Source: Reyranella sp.
GTDB lineage: Bacteria; Pseudomonadota; Alphaproteobacteria; Reyranellales; Reyranellaceae
Length of the DNA: 50,754 nt
Reading direction: 5' to 3'
NCBI GenBank assembly: GCA_017990895.1
Contig: JAGNNA010000001.1
Coordinates: 1 to 50,754, forward strand
The notes under the pieces: model-generated
The model's database searches: none
What the model was told of the DNA's origin: nothing
The model's input: only the letters and a program-made list of their open reading frames with translations
Position numbers and translations under genes: made by a program
In this document: one piece after another, positions 29,948-39,073 of the stretch
How positions within the stretch are numbered: the stretch's first letter is position 1
Layout: every line of letters begins with the position of its first letter

Positions 29948-31189
29948 ATGAAGCAGCGCATCTTCGGCTGGATCTCCATCCTCTTCGGAATCGTCCTTTC
30001 GCTCGCCGCGCTCGAAGTCACGGCGATCGCGTGGATGTATCTGGAAGACGGCCGCTATACGCCGGCGACGGAGCTGTTCGACCGCACGCAGAACACCTAC
30101 GTCCGGGATGCCACCAAGGGGACGTCGTGCCGGTACGTCGACACGCTCTTTCCGCATCCCTATGTCGGCTTCGTCCACCACGCCAACCCGCCGTGCGGCC
30201 TGCCGTGGGTCAACAATGTCGGGCTTTTCGGGCCGGATTATCCGGTCCTCAAGCCCACCGACCGCTATGTCGTGATGCTGACCGGCGGCTCCGTGGCGTC
30301 CCAGCTCGGGCAGAATGCGGCGCCGCCCGCGCCGCGCTATCTCGAGGAAGAGCTCAACAACAAGTACATCAGCCCGAACGGCAAGCCGTTCATGGTGCTG
30401 AACGGTGGTGACGGCGCCTGGAAGGAGCCGCAGCCCTTCATCCTGTTTTCGCTCTATGCTTCATCGGTCGATGCCGTGGCCGTCCTCGGTGGCTTCAATG
30501 AGCACTATTTCTTCTGGCCGGGCTTCAGCGAGCGGCTGGAGCGGCCGCTCAGCAACTTCCTCGACGTCAATCCCTTCGTCGCCGACGAGAATTTCGGCGA
30601 CGCGGCGATCGGCTGGGTCATGGGCCGGATTGCCGGCACCCTCGCGCTGAACCCGGTCCTCGGCCATTCGCATGCCGCCTACATGGTGGTGCGGGGCATC
30701 GAACAGGCCGCCAAGGGCAAGGACATCTTCAAGTCGACCAAGAAGACGACGCTGAACAGCATTTTCCACATGCCGGAGGACATCCAGCGGAACCACAAGC
30801 TCGCCTTCGACGTCCAGCTCGAGCTCTACAAGAAATATGTCAGGGCCACGTTCGCAGTCGCGCGCGACAACAATGTGAAGCCGGCCTACTTCATCCAGCC
30901 GGCCCCGGCGATCGGCAAGGAACTCACCGAGGAGGAGAAGCGCGTCGTCGGCGACCTCTCCTATCGTGACATCTACAGGAACATCGTCGCCGGGCTCATG
31001 ACCCTGCGCGATGGCGGCGCGCCCGTCTTCGACCTGACGCAGATCTTCGTGGGGGAGAAGGGCACGATCTACGCCGACCACATCCACTACGCGCGGGATG
31101 CCAACCAGGAGAGCCTCGGCAACCGGATCATAGCCGCGCGGATGGGTGAGATTCTGGCGGAAACCTGGGGATTTCAGAAAAAGCCCTGA
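29948..31189 (+). CDS. Membrane-anchored SGNH-hydrolase-like protein
   Basis: N-terminal TM, HPYVGF, VMLTGGSVA (block I-like) and YADHIH (DxxH). Confidence 0.6.
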   Translation: MKQRIFGWISILFGIVLSLAALEVTAIAWMYLEDGRYTPATELFDRTQNTYVRDATKGTSCRYVDTLFPHPYVGFVHHANPPCGLPWVNNVGLFGPDYPVLKPTDRYVVMLTGGSVASQLGQNAAPPAPRYLEEELNNKYISPNGKPFMVLNGGDGAWKEPQPFILFSLYASSVDAVAVLGGFNEHYFFWPGFSERLERPLSNFLDVNPFVADENFGDAAIGWVMGRIAGTLALNPVLGHSHAAYMVVRGIEQAAKGKDIFKSTKKTTLNSIFHMPEDIQRNHKLAFDVQLELYKKYVRATFAVARDNNVKPAYFIQPAPAIGKELTEEEKRVVGDLSYRDIYRNIVAGLMTLRDGGAPVFDLTQIFVGEKGTIYADHIHYARDANQESLGNRIIAARMGEILAETWGFQKKP

Positions 31190-31309
31190 AGCGCGGATTC
31201 ACCATTTTCCTGAAAATACCTGTTGATTTACGGTCCCTGTCGAGTTTCACTATTCGAAACGTAGCGAGGAAATAAGAGGCAATCAACTGCCTCATGCGCG
31301 TCGTTCGGG

Positions 31310-34300
31310 ATGGAGCGAAACATGGCCGCCGCCGGCCCCGCCGCCTCTTCCGTTGGTGCCTTGGGTTTTGTCGGCGCCAGCGAGGGTCTGGCGGCGAATG
31401 TCAGGCCGTACCGGCTCGAGAAGGCAACCGAGACGCGTAACACCTGCCCCTATTGCGCGGTCGCCTGCGGTGTCCTCGTCTACTCGTCGAGTGACGGTAC
31501 GAGGGACGGCAAGGCAAAGGTCGTCCATATCGAGGGCGACTCCGACAATGCCATCAATCGCGGGACGCTCTGCGCGCGCGGTGCCGCATCGCTCGGCTTC
31601 GCCAACAGCCCGAACCGCCTCCAGTACCCGGTGCACCGCAAGCCGGGTTCCGACAAGTTCGAGCGCGTGACCTGGGACTTCGCGATGGAGCGCATCGCCA
31701 AGCTCGCCAAGGAAGACCGCGACAAGAACTTCGTGACCAAGAACCGCGACGGCGTCACGGTCAATCGCTGGCTCACCACCGGCTTCTTCGCCGGCTCCTC
31801 GTGCAGCAACGAGGCGGGCTATCTCACCTACAAGGCGACCCGATCTACCAGGATATTAGCCTTGGAGGACCAAGCTAGAATTTGACACGGACCGACGGTG
31901 GCCAGTCTTGGCCCCACATTCGGACGTGGCGCGATGACGAACTCGTGGAACGACATCAAGAACGCCGATGTCGTCCTGATCATGGGCGGCAATGCCGCCG
32001 AGGCCCATCCCTGCGGCTTCAAGTGGGTGGTCGAAGCGAAGGCAAACAACGGTGCCAAGCTGATCGTGGTCGACCCGCGCTTCACGCGCTCGGCCTCGGT
32101 GTCGGATCTCTATGCGCCGATCCGGCCGGGAACGGACATCGCCTTCCTGTCCGGCCTGATGCGCTATCTGCTGGGCAACGGAAAAATCCACCAGCAGTAC
32201 GTCAACGCCTACACCAATGCCTCGTACATCGTGAAGGAAGGCTTCAAGTTCGAGGACGGCCTGTTCACGGGCTACGACGAGTCAAAGAAGAACTACGTCG
32301 ATCGCTCGACCTGGGACTATGAGTTCGACGAACAGGGCATGGCCAAGGTCGACGAGTCCCTGCAGAATCCGCGCCGTGCCATCAACCTGCTGAAGGCCTA
32401 TGTCGAGCGTTACACGCCCGAGATGGTCGAGCGCATCTGCGGCACGCCCAAGGACAAGTTCCTGAAGATCTGTGAACTGATCGCGACGACCGCCAACGGC
32501 GAGCGTTCGATGACCTCGCTCTATGCGCTGGGCTGGACCCAGCACACGACGGGCGCGCAGAACATCCGCAGCATGGCCATGATCCAGCTCCTGCTGGGCA
32601 ACATGGGCATCCCGGGCGGCGGCGTGAACGCCCTGCGCGGCCACTCCAACGTCCAGGGCATCACCGACTTCGCCCTGTTGTCGACCTCGACGCCGGGCTA
32701 TCTGGTGCTGCCGACCGAGCGGGAGACGACCTACGCCGACTACATGAAGTCGCGCGCCTTCAAGCCGATCCGTCCTGGCCAGACCAGCTTCTGGCAGAAC
32801 TACGCCAAGTTCTTCGTCAGCCAGCAGAAGAGCCTGTTCGGCGCGGCGGCGACCAAGGACAATGACTGGGCATACGATTACCTGCCCAAGTTCGACACGG
32901 CCTACGACGTGTTGAAGATGGTCGACATGATGGCGGGCGGCCAGATGAACGGCCTGTTCTGCCAGGGTCTCAACATCATGATGGCCGCGCCCAACAAGGC
33001 GAAGGTCCAGGCGGGCCTGTCGAAACTCAAGTGGCTGGTCATCATCGATCCGTTGGAGACCGAGATGGCGCGCTTCTGGGAGAATCATGGGGAGTTCAAC
33101 AACGTCGATCCCAAAGCGATTCAGACCGAGGTGTTCCAGCTTACGACCACGACCTACGCCGAGGAAGAGGGCAGCTTCACCAACTCCAGCCGCGTCATCC
33201 AGTGGCACTGGAAGGCGGTCGAGGCGCCGGGCTAAACGCGCAGCGACATCCAGATCATCGCCGATCTGCACAGCCGACTGCGGGCACTCTATTCGAAGGA
33301 AGGCGGCGCCTTCCCCGATCCGATCGTCAACACGACGTGGAACTACGCCAAGCCCGCGCATCCCGAACCGGCCGAACTCCTGAAGGAGATCAACGGCTAC
33401 GCGCTGGAGGACCTGCCCGATCCGGCCGATCCCACCAAGGTGATGTTGAAGGCCGGTCAGTTGCTGCCGACGTTCGGGGTGATGCGCGACGACGGCAAGA
33501 CCTCGGGGGCCTGCTGAATCTACACCGGTGTCTATACCGAGGCTGGCAATATGTCGATGCGCCGCGACGCCAGCGACCCGACGGGCCTCGGCATCCACCC
33601 GAACTGGGGCTTCTCCTGGCCGGCCAATCGCCGCATCCTCTACAACCGCGCCTCGGCCGATCCGGCGGGCAACGCGTGGAGCGAGCGCAAGAAGTACATC
33701 ACCCGGAACGGCTCGTGCTGGGTCGGCGGTGACGTGCCGGACTACGCGCCCACCATCGCGCCGGACAAGTCGGTCGGCCCGTTCATCATGAACCAGGAAG
33801 GCACGGCGAGGCTGTTCAGCCGCACCGCCATGCCGGACGGGCCGTTCCCCGAGCATTACGAACCGATGGACGCCTACATCGCCAACCCGCTGCATCCCAA
33901 GGTGACCACCAATCCGGTGGTCCGGGTGTTCGCGGCGGACGCGAAGTCGTTCGGCAAGCCCGACAAGTTCCCGATCGTGGCGACCTCGTATCGCCTCGCC
34001 GAGCACTTCCACTACTGGACCAAGAACGTGGACGACAATGCCGTGGTCCAGCCGGAGATGTTCGTCGAGATGGGCGAGCGGCTGGCCAAGGCCAAGGGCA
34101 TCAGGAACGGCGACTGGGTCGAGGTCTCGAGCCAGCGCGGCATGATCAAGGCCAAGGCCTCGGTCTCGAAGCGCATCCGGCCGATCATGGTCGACGGCAA
34201 GCCCCGCGACGTGGTCGGCCTGCCGATCCACTTCGGCTTCATCGGGCTGACCCGGAAATCTTATCCGCTCAACACGCTGACGCCGCCGGTCGGTGACGCC

Positions 34301-34384
34301 AGCACCAATACGCCCGAATACAAGGCGTTCCTGGTGGATGTGAAGAAAACCACCCCGCCGGCGACGACGCCGGCCGTGTCCTGA
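31310..34384 (+). pseudogene. fdnG: Formate dehydrogenase-N alpha subunit, selenocysteine type, disrupted
   Basis: One frame of 1025 codons: TCPYCAVAC, ARI-TGA(31883)-HGPT, NALRGHSNVQG, PFPEHYEP, TPEYKAFLV. It has extra in-frame stops TAA 33233-35 (APG*TRSD) and TGA 33515-17 (AC*IY, conserved Trp), and no Tat RR motif at the N-terminus. Confidence 0.85.
31883..31915 (+). promoter_or_regulatory. Sec UGA codon with bacterial SECIS element
   Basis: TGA, an 11-nt spacer, then GGTGGCCA-GTCT-TGGCCCC. The loop G is 20 nt after the UGA, as in E. coli fdhF/fdnG-type SECIS. Confidence 0.88.
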
Positions 34385-34398
34385 TCGGGGAGGGTGCG

Positions 34399-35279
34399 AT
34401 GTCCGTGATGCAAGCCCTCGATCTCCGCCGCCGGTCCGCCTCCAGCGTGCCGCCGTGCCCGTCGCCAAGCTGATCGACGTCAGCAAGTGCATCGGCTGCA
34501 AGGCCTGCCAGACGGCATGCTTGGAGTGGAACCAGCTCGACCAGCCGATCGGCTACACCGACGGCACCTACAACAACCCGACCGATCTCACGACCGCCTC
34601 GTGGACCGTGATGCGCTACACGGAGTACGAGCACGGCGACGATCTTGAGTGGCTGATCCGCAAGGACGGCTGCATGCACTGCGACGATCCGGGCTGTCTC
34701 AAGGCCTGCCCGGCACCGGGTGCCATCGTTCAGTACACCAACGGCATCGTCGACTTCATCTCGGACAACTGCATCGGCTGCGGCTACTGCGTGAAGGGCT
34801 GCCCCTTCAACATCCCGCGCATCTCGCAGGTCACCAGCAAGGCCTACAAGTGTACGCTCTGTTCCGACCGCGTCGTGGTCGGCCAGGCGCCCGCCTGCGC
34901 CAAGGCCTGCCCAACCCAGGCGATCTACTTCGGCACCAAGGAAGACATGATCGCCCATGCCGGCAAGCGAATCACCGACCTGAAGTCGCGCGGCTACCAG
35001 AATGCCGGCCTCTACAATCCGCCGGGCGTGAACGGCACGCATGTCATGTATGTGCTGCAGCATGCCGACAAGCCGTCGCTCTATGCCGGCCTGCCGGACA
35101 ATCCCCACATCAGTCCGCTGGTCGGCATCTGGAAGGGCGTGATGAAGCCACTGTCGCTGGCCGACATCGCCTTCGCCGGCGCTTTCGGCCTCATGCACTA
35201 CGTCACCAAGGGACCCAACAGGGTCACGGAGCATGACGAGGAGAAGGCCGCCGAGGTCGCCGGGAGTGAGAAGGCATGA
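34399..35279 (+). pseudogene. fdnH: Formate dehydrogenase-N beta (Fe-S) subunit, frameshifted near the 5' end
   Basis: ATG 34399 after GGGGAGG gives [19 protein letters not shown] and then stops at 34471. The core ([33 protein letters not shown]) lies in another frame from about 34455. Confidence 0.8.
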
Positions 35280-35906
35280 CGGTGCACACCAAGCCGGTAA
35301 GCCGCTACACGACGGCCGCCCGCATCAATCACTGGATCACGGCAGTGTCGCTGATCCTGCTGGCGCTGAGCGGCATGGCGCTGTTCCATCCCTCGCTCTA
35401 CTTCCTCACCTATCTGTTCGGTGGCGGGCAGATGACGCGCATCCTCCATCCGTGGATCGGCGTCGTGCTGGCCGTCAGCTTCCTCGGCCTGTTCCTCCGC
35501 TTCTTCATGCTCAACTTGTGGAACCGGGACGACACGGTCTGGATGAAGAACCTGGGATCGGTGATCAACAACAAGGAGGAGGGGCTGCCGGAGCTCGGCA
35601 AGTACAATGCCGGTCAGAAGCTCGTCTTCTGGGGGGCAGTCGATCCTGATCCTCCTGCTGCTCGCCAGCGGCTTCGTGCTGTGGGACACCTACTTCTTCT
35701 CCTACACGTCGATCGACCAGAAGCGGCTCTCGGCGGTGGTCCATGCGCTTTGCGCCATCGGCGCCATCCTGATCTGGATCGTGCACGTCTATGCCGCCAT
35801 CTGGGTCAAGGGTACGATGAGCGCCATGACACATGGTTCGGTCAGCGGCGGATGGGCCTGGAAGCATCATCGCAAGTGGTTCCGCCAGGAAGTCGGCAAG
35901 TCCTGA
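35276..35906 (+). pseudogene. fdnI: Formate dehydrogenase-N gamma (cytochrome b556) subunit, +1 frameshift
   Basis: RINHW, LHPWIG, GKYNAGQKLVFW. A G6 run at 35631-36 (G5 needed) shifts the frame; the C-half (IVHVYAAIW, WAWKHHRKW) is in the next frame. Confidence 0.82.
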
Positions 35907-36848
35907 GTTCCGGTCCCGAAAATCCCGCGTCTGCGTTCGGCGAAAACATCCTCGGTGCCGCCGCCGAGGGTGAACGCATTCGCCTGCCCGATCTGTCGAC
36001 GGTCTTCGAGCGTCGGGCCGCCCGTCTCCAAGCGCTGGCGCCGGGCCACGATCTCGAAGGGTTCCTGCGGCTCATCGCGGCCCTGGTGACGGCTCAGCAT
36101 GCGGCCTTGGCGGGGCTGCCGCCGGGTTCGATGCCTGGAGCCGCCGAAATCGGCAAGGCCCGGCTCGTCCAGCGCGCGCCGCTCGATCCGGCAATCTGGT
36201 CGCGAGACGAGAGCTGGCGGGTGGCGCTGTCGCGCATCCTGGAAACAATCGACCCCGAAGTCCTTCCGGACTCGGCGAAGGCGGCACGCGAGGCGCTCGT
36301 GCAGGCGGACCAGGCTTCGCTGGAATCTCTCGCCGACCGTTTTCTTGGTGGGAGCGTGGTGGGGCCCCGGGGAGGCCGCCCAGGCGGTGTTCGTGGCGGC
36401 GGCCCTGCAGGTCGCCTGGACGCGCATGGCGGCGCTGCTCTATGCCGGCGACCTCGCCAGCGAAACCGAGAGTGGCGAATGCCCGGCCTGCGGATCGCCA
36501 CCCGTCTCCGGTCTCGTCTCGCCCGGCGGCACCAAATTCGGTCACCGGCACCTCCATTGTTCGCTGTGCGCCACCTCGTGGCGCTACACGCGCGTGCGCT
36601 GCGTGCATTGCGGCAGCACCGACAAGATTTCGTTCCGCAATCTGGCGGGCACCGTCTATCTCCGCGCCGAATGCTGCGAGGTCTGCGAGGGCTATTCGAA
36701 GGTCTTCTATCTCGAGAAGGCCCGCGCCCTCGAGCCGCTGGCCGACGACCTGGCCTCGCTCGGCCTCAACGTGCTGGTGGGCGAGGAGGGCTTCGCGCGT
36801 GTGCCCAATCCGTTCGTGCTGGGCATGATGGAGCAGCCGGAGAATTGA
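35903..36848 (+). pseudogene. fdhE: Formate dehydrogenase accessory protein FdhE, +1 frameshift
   Basis: N-half FERRAARL; C-half CPACGS, CSLCATSW, CVHCG, ECCEVCEGY, ADDLASL. There is an extra base in GGGGCCCCGGGG at 36361-72, and the presumed start is a non-standard CTG. Confidence 0.8.
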
Positions 36849-36927
36849 TTGATCGGCCGCTGGGCCTGAGCCATGGTGGCCGGCGGCGGACAGGACGTCC
36901 GGCCTCTCTCTGGTAGGAAACGATCCC

Positions 36928-38316
36928 GTGTCGCGTGCCGACCGCGCCGATGGCGCCTCCGAAATCCGTCCCCTGTCGATCGATCGCATGGCCTCCTGGC
37001 CGACCCTCGCGCCACTGATCGAGCGCGCCGGCCGTCCGCTGGTGATCGAAGCGCTGCGGGCCTGGGTCGACGAGCGACGGGGCGCGCCCGACGTCGCGAG
37101 CGAACCCGCCTGCGTCCAATGGTGCACAACACGTCTCGGTGCCTACCTGCTTCCCTCGCAGCGCCGCGTGTTCAACCTCACCGGCACCGTGCTGCACACC
37201 AATCTCGGCCGCGCCGTTCTGGCCGAGGAGGCCATTGCCGCGGCGGTCGAGGCGATGCGCTCGCCGACCACGCTCGAATACGATCTGGATGGCGGCGCAC
37301 GCGGCGAGCGCGACGATCACATCGCGCCGTGGCTCTGCCGCCTGACCGGTGCCGAGGCCGCGACCGCGGTCAACAACAATGCCGCCGCCGTGCTGCTGGT
37401 GCTGAGCGAGCTGGCCGCCAGCCGCGAGGTCATCGTGTCGCGCGGCGAGCTGATCGAGATCGGCGGCGCCTTCCGTATCCCCGACATCATGGCGCTCGCC
37501 GGCTGCCGTCTGGTCGAGGTCGGCACGACGAACCGCACTCATCTCAAGGATTACGCGGCGGCGATTGGCCCCGACACGGCCGCGATCATGAAGGTCCATC
37601 CCTCGAACTACGCGATCCAGGGTTTCACCAAGACGGTGGCGGCGGCTGAACTCGTGCCGCTGGCGCGGGAAAAGGGCGTGGCGCTGATCGAGGACCTCGG
37701 CAGCGGCACCCTGGCCGATCTCGAAACCTGGGGGCTGCCGCACGAGCCGGCGGCGCGCGAGGCGATCGAGTCCGGCGTCGACGTCGTCACCTTCTCCGGC
37801 GACAAGCTTCTGGGCGGGCCGCAGGCCGGCCTCGTGGTCGGTCGCAAGCCCCTGATCCAGCGGATCGCAAAGAACCCGATGAAGCGCGCGCTGCGCCTCG
37901 ACAAGGTGCGTCTCGCGGCCCTTGAGGCGACGCTGCGGCTCTATGCCGACCCGACGCGGCTGGCCCAGCGCCTGCCGACCATCCGTGCCCTCGCGCGGCC
38001 GGCCGCCGAGATTCGTGCGGTGGCTGAACGCTTGCTCCCGGCGGTGCAGCGAGCACTAGGCGCAGGTGCCCAGGTCAGCGTCGCCGAGGTACGGGGACAG
38101 ATCGGTTCGGGCGCGCTGCCCGTCGACCTGCTGCCGTCGTTCGCGATCGCGATCAAGGCTAGGGGCGTCGACCGGATCGCCGACATGTTCCGCGCCTTGC
38201 CGATTCCCGTGATCGGCCGGATCGGCGACGGCACGCTCTACTTCGACCTGCGTACGCTCGACGACGAACAGGCTTTCGTCGCTCAACTGGACAAGCTCCA
38301 TGTCGTGGCTGGCTAG
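36928..38316 (+). CDS. selA: L-seryl-tRNA(Sec) selenium transferase
   Basis: NLTGTVLHTNLGRA, VNNNAAAV, SRGELIEIGG, EVGTTNRTH, and the PLP Lys in FSGDKLLGGPQAG. Confidence 0.95.
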   Translation: MSRADRADGASEIRPLSIDRMASWPTLAPLIERAGRPLVIEALRAWVDERRGAPDVASEPACVQWCTTRLGAYLLPSQRRVFNLTGTVLHTNLGRAVLAEEAIAAAVEAMRSPTTLEYDLDGGARGERDDHIAPWLCRLTGAEAATAVNNNAAAVLLVLSELAASREVIVSRGELIEIGGAFRIPDIMALAGCRLVEVGTTNRTHLKDYAAAIGPDTAAIMKVHPSNYAIQGFTKTVAAAELVPLAREKGVALIEDLGSGTLADLETWGLPHEPAAREAIESGVDVVTFSGDKLLGGPQAGLVVGRKPLIQRIAKNPMKRALRLDKVRLAALEATLRLYADPTRLAQRLPTIRALARPAAEIRAVAERLLPAVQRALGAGAQVSVAEVRGQIGSGALPVDLLPSFAIAIKARGVDRIADMFRALPIPVIGRIGDGTLYFDLRTLDDEQAFVAQLDKLHVVAG

Positions 38317-39073
38317 GCTGCTCGATCGCACGCCGCCGGCAGATCAGCGGATGGCGGAAGCGCTGGCCGCCTGGAAGTCGGGCGACTACGGCATCGCGCT
38401 CGACCTGTGGGCGGCGCTTGCGCACGAGGGACATGCACGGGCGCAGAGCAACATGGGCGCCGCGTTCCTCGAAGGGCACGGTGTCGAGCAGGATCATGCC
38501 AAGGCGGTCGACTGGCTGCGCCGCGCCGCCGAGCAGGGCGACGCCGGCGGGCAGCGCAATCTCGCCCTCTGCCACTACGAAGGCTGGGGCATGCCGCAGG
38601 ACCAGGCCGAAGCCGCGCGCCTGTACGAGCAGGCCGCGCTGCAGGGAGATCCCGAGGCGCAGGACATGTTGTCGTGGATGAAGCTGGTGGGCGGCGGTTG
38701 CCCGCAGGACCATGCCGGCGCGCGCCTGTGGGCGGAGAAGGCGGCGGAAAGCGGCAGCGCGGCGGCCATGGCCCGGCTGGGCGATATCCATCACAACGCG
38801 CTGGGCGTCGAACGCGATGCGACTGCGGCCGCCGACTGGTGGGGCCGCGCTGCGCGGCTGGGGCATCCCGAGGCACAGGCAATGCTGGGCGCGGCCTATC
38901 TTGCTGGTATGGGCATCGAACGTGACGTGGTCGAGGCGCTGCACTGGCTGCGGCGGGCCGAGTTGGGCGGTGCGGGCGAGCTGGCGGCCGGCTTCCCGAA
39001 AGAGGCGCGCGCCCACGCCAAGCCTTCGCAGCGTGCCGAGGCGGAGCGCCGGGCCGAGGAGCCTTTGTCATGA
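38300..39073 (+). CDS. Sel1-repeat (SLR/TPR) protein
   Basis: About five repeats of the type AQxxLGxxYxxGxGVxxDxxxAxxWxxxAA; no clear signal peptide. Confidence 0.9.
   Translation: MSWLARLLDRTPPADQRMAEALAAWKSGDYGIALDLWAALAHEGHARAQSNMGAAFLEGHGVEQDHAKAVDWLRRAAEQGDAGGQRNLALCHYEGWGMPQDQAEAARLYEQAALQGDPEAQDMLSWMKLVGGGCPQDHAGARLWAEKAAESGSAAAMARLGDIHHNALGVERDATAAADWWGRAARLGHPEAQAMLGAAYLAGMGIERDVVEALHWLRRAELGGAGELAAGFPKEARAHAKPSQRAEAERRAEEPLS

Noticed and set aside
31190-31310. FNR box upstream of fdnG
   Set aside because: TTGAT and ATCAA half-sites are present but more than 50 nt apart rather than 4.
33233-33235. TAA recoding or an alternative genetic code
   Set aside because: TAA, TAG and TGA all end normal genes in this window. 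A single-base change from CAA or GAA explains it.
33515-33540. Second in-frame TGA of fdnG as a second selenocysteine (followed by the small hairpin CGGTG-TCTA-TACCG)
   Set aside because: The position is a conserved Trp (CWIY), so TGG>TGA is the simple explanation. The hairpin loop is only about 13 nt from the UGA versus 20 for the real SECIS, and an upstream TAA already truncates the protein.
35631-36372. Phase variation at the G/C homopolymers
   Set aside because: Runs of 4-6 nt are short for contingency loci, and non-reversible lesions exist in fdnG and fdnH.
35276-36916. 546-aa FdnI-FdhE fusion ORF
   Set aside because: It arises from the two +1 frameshifts; the middle and tail segments are out-of-frame text.
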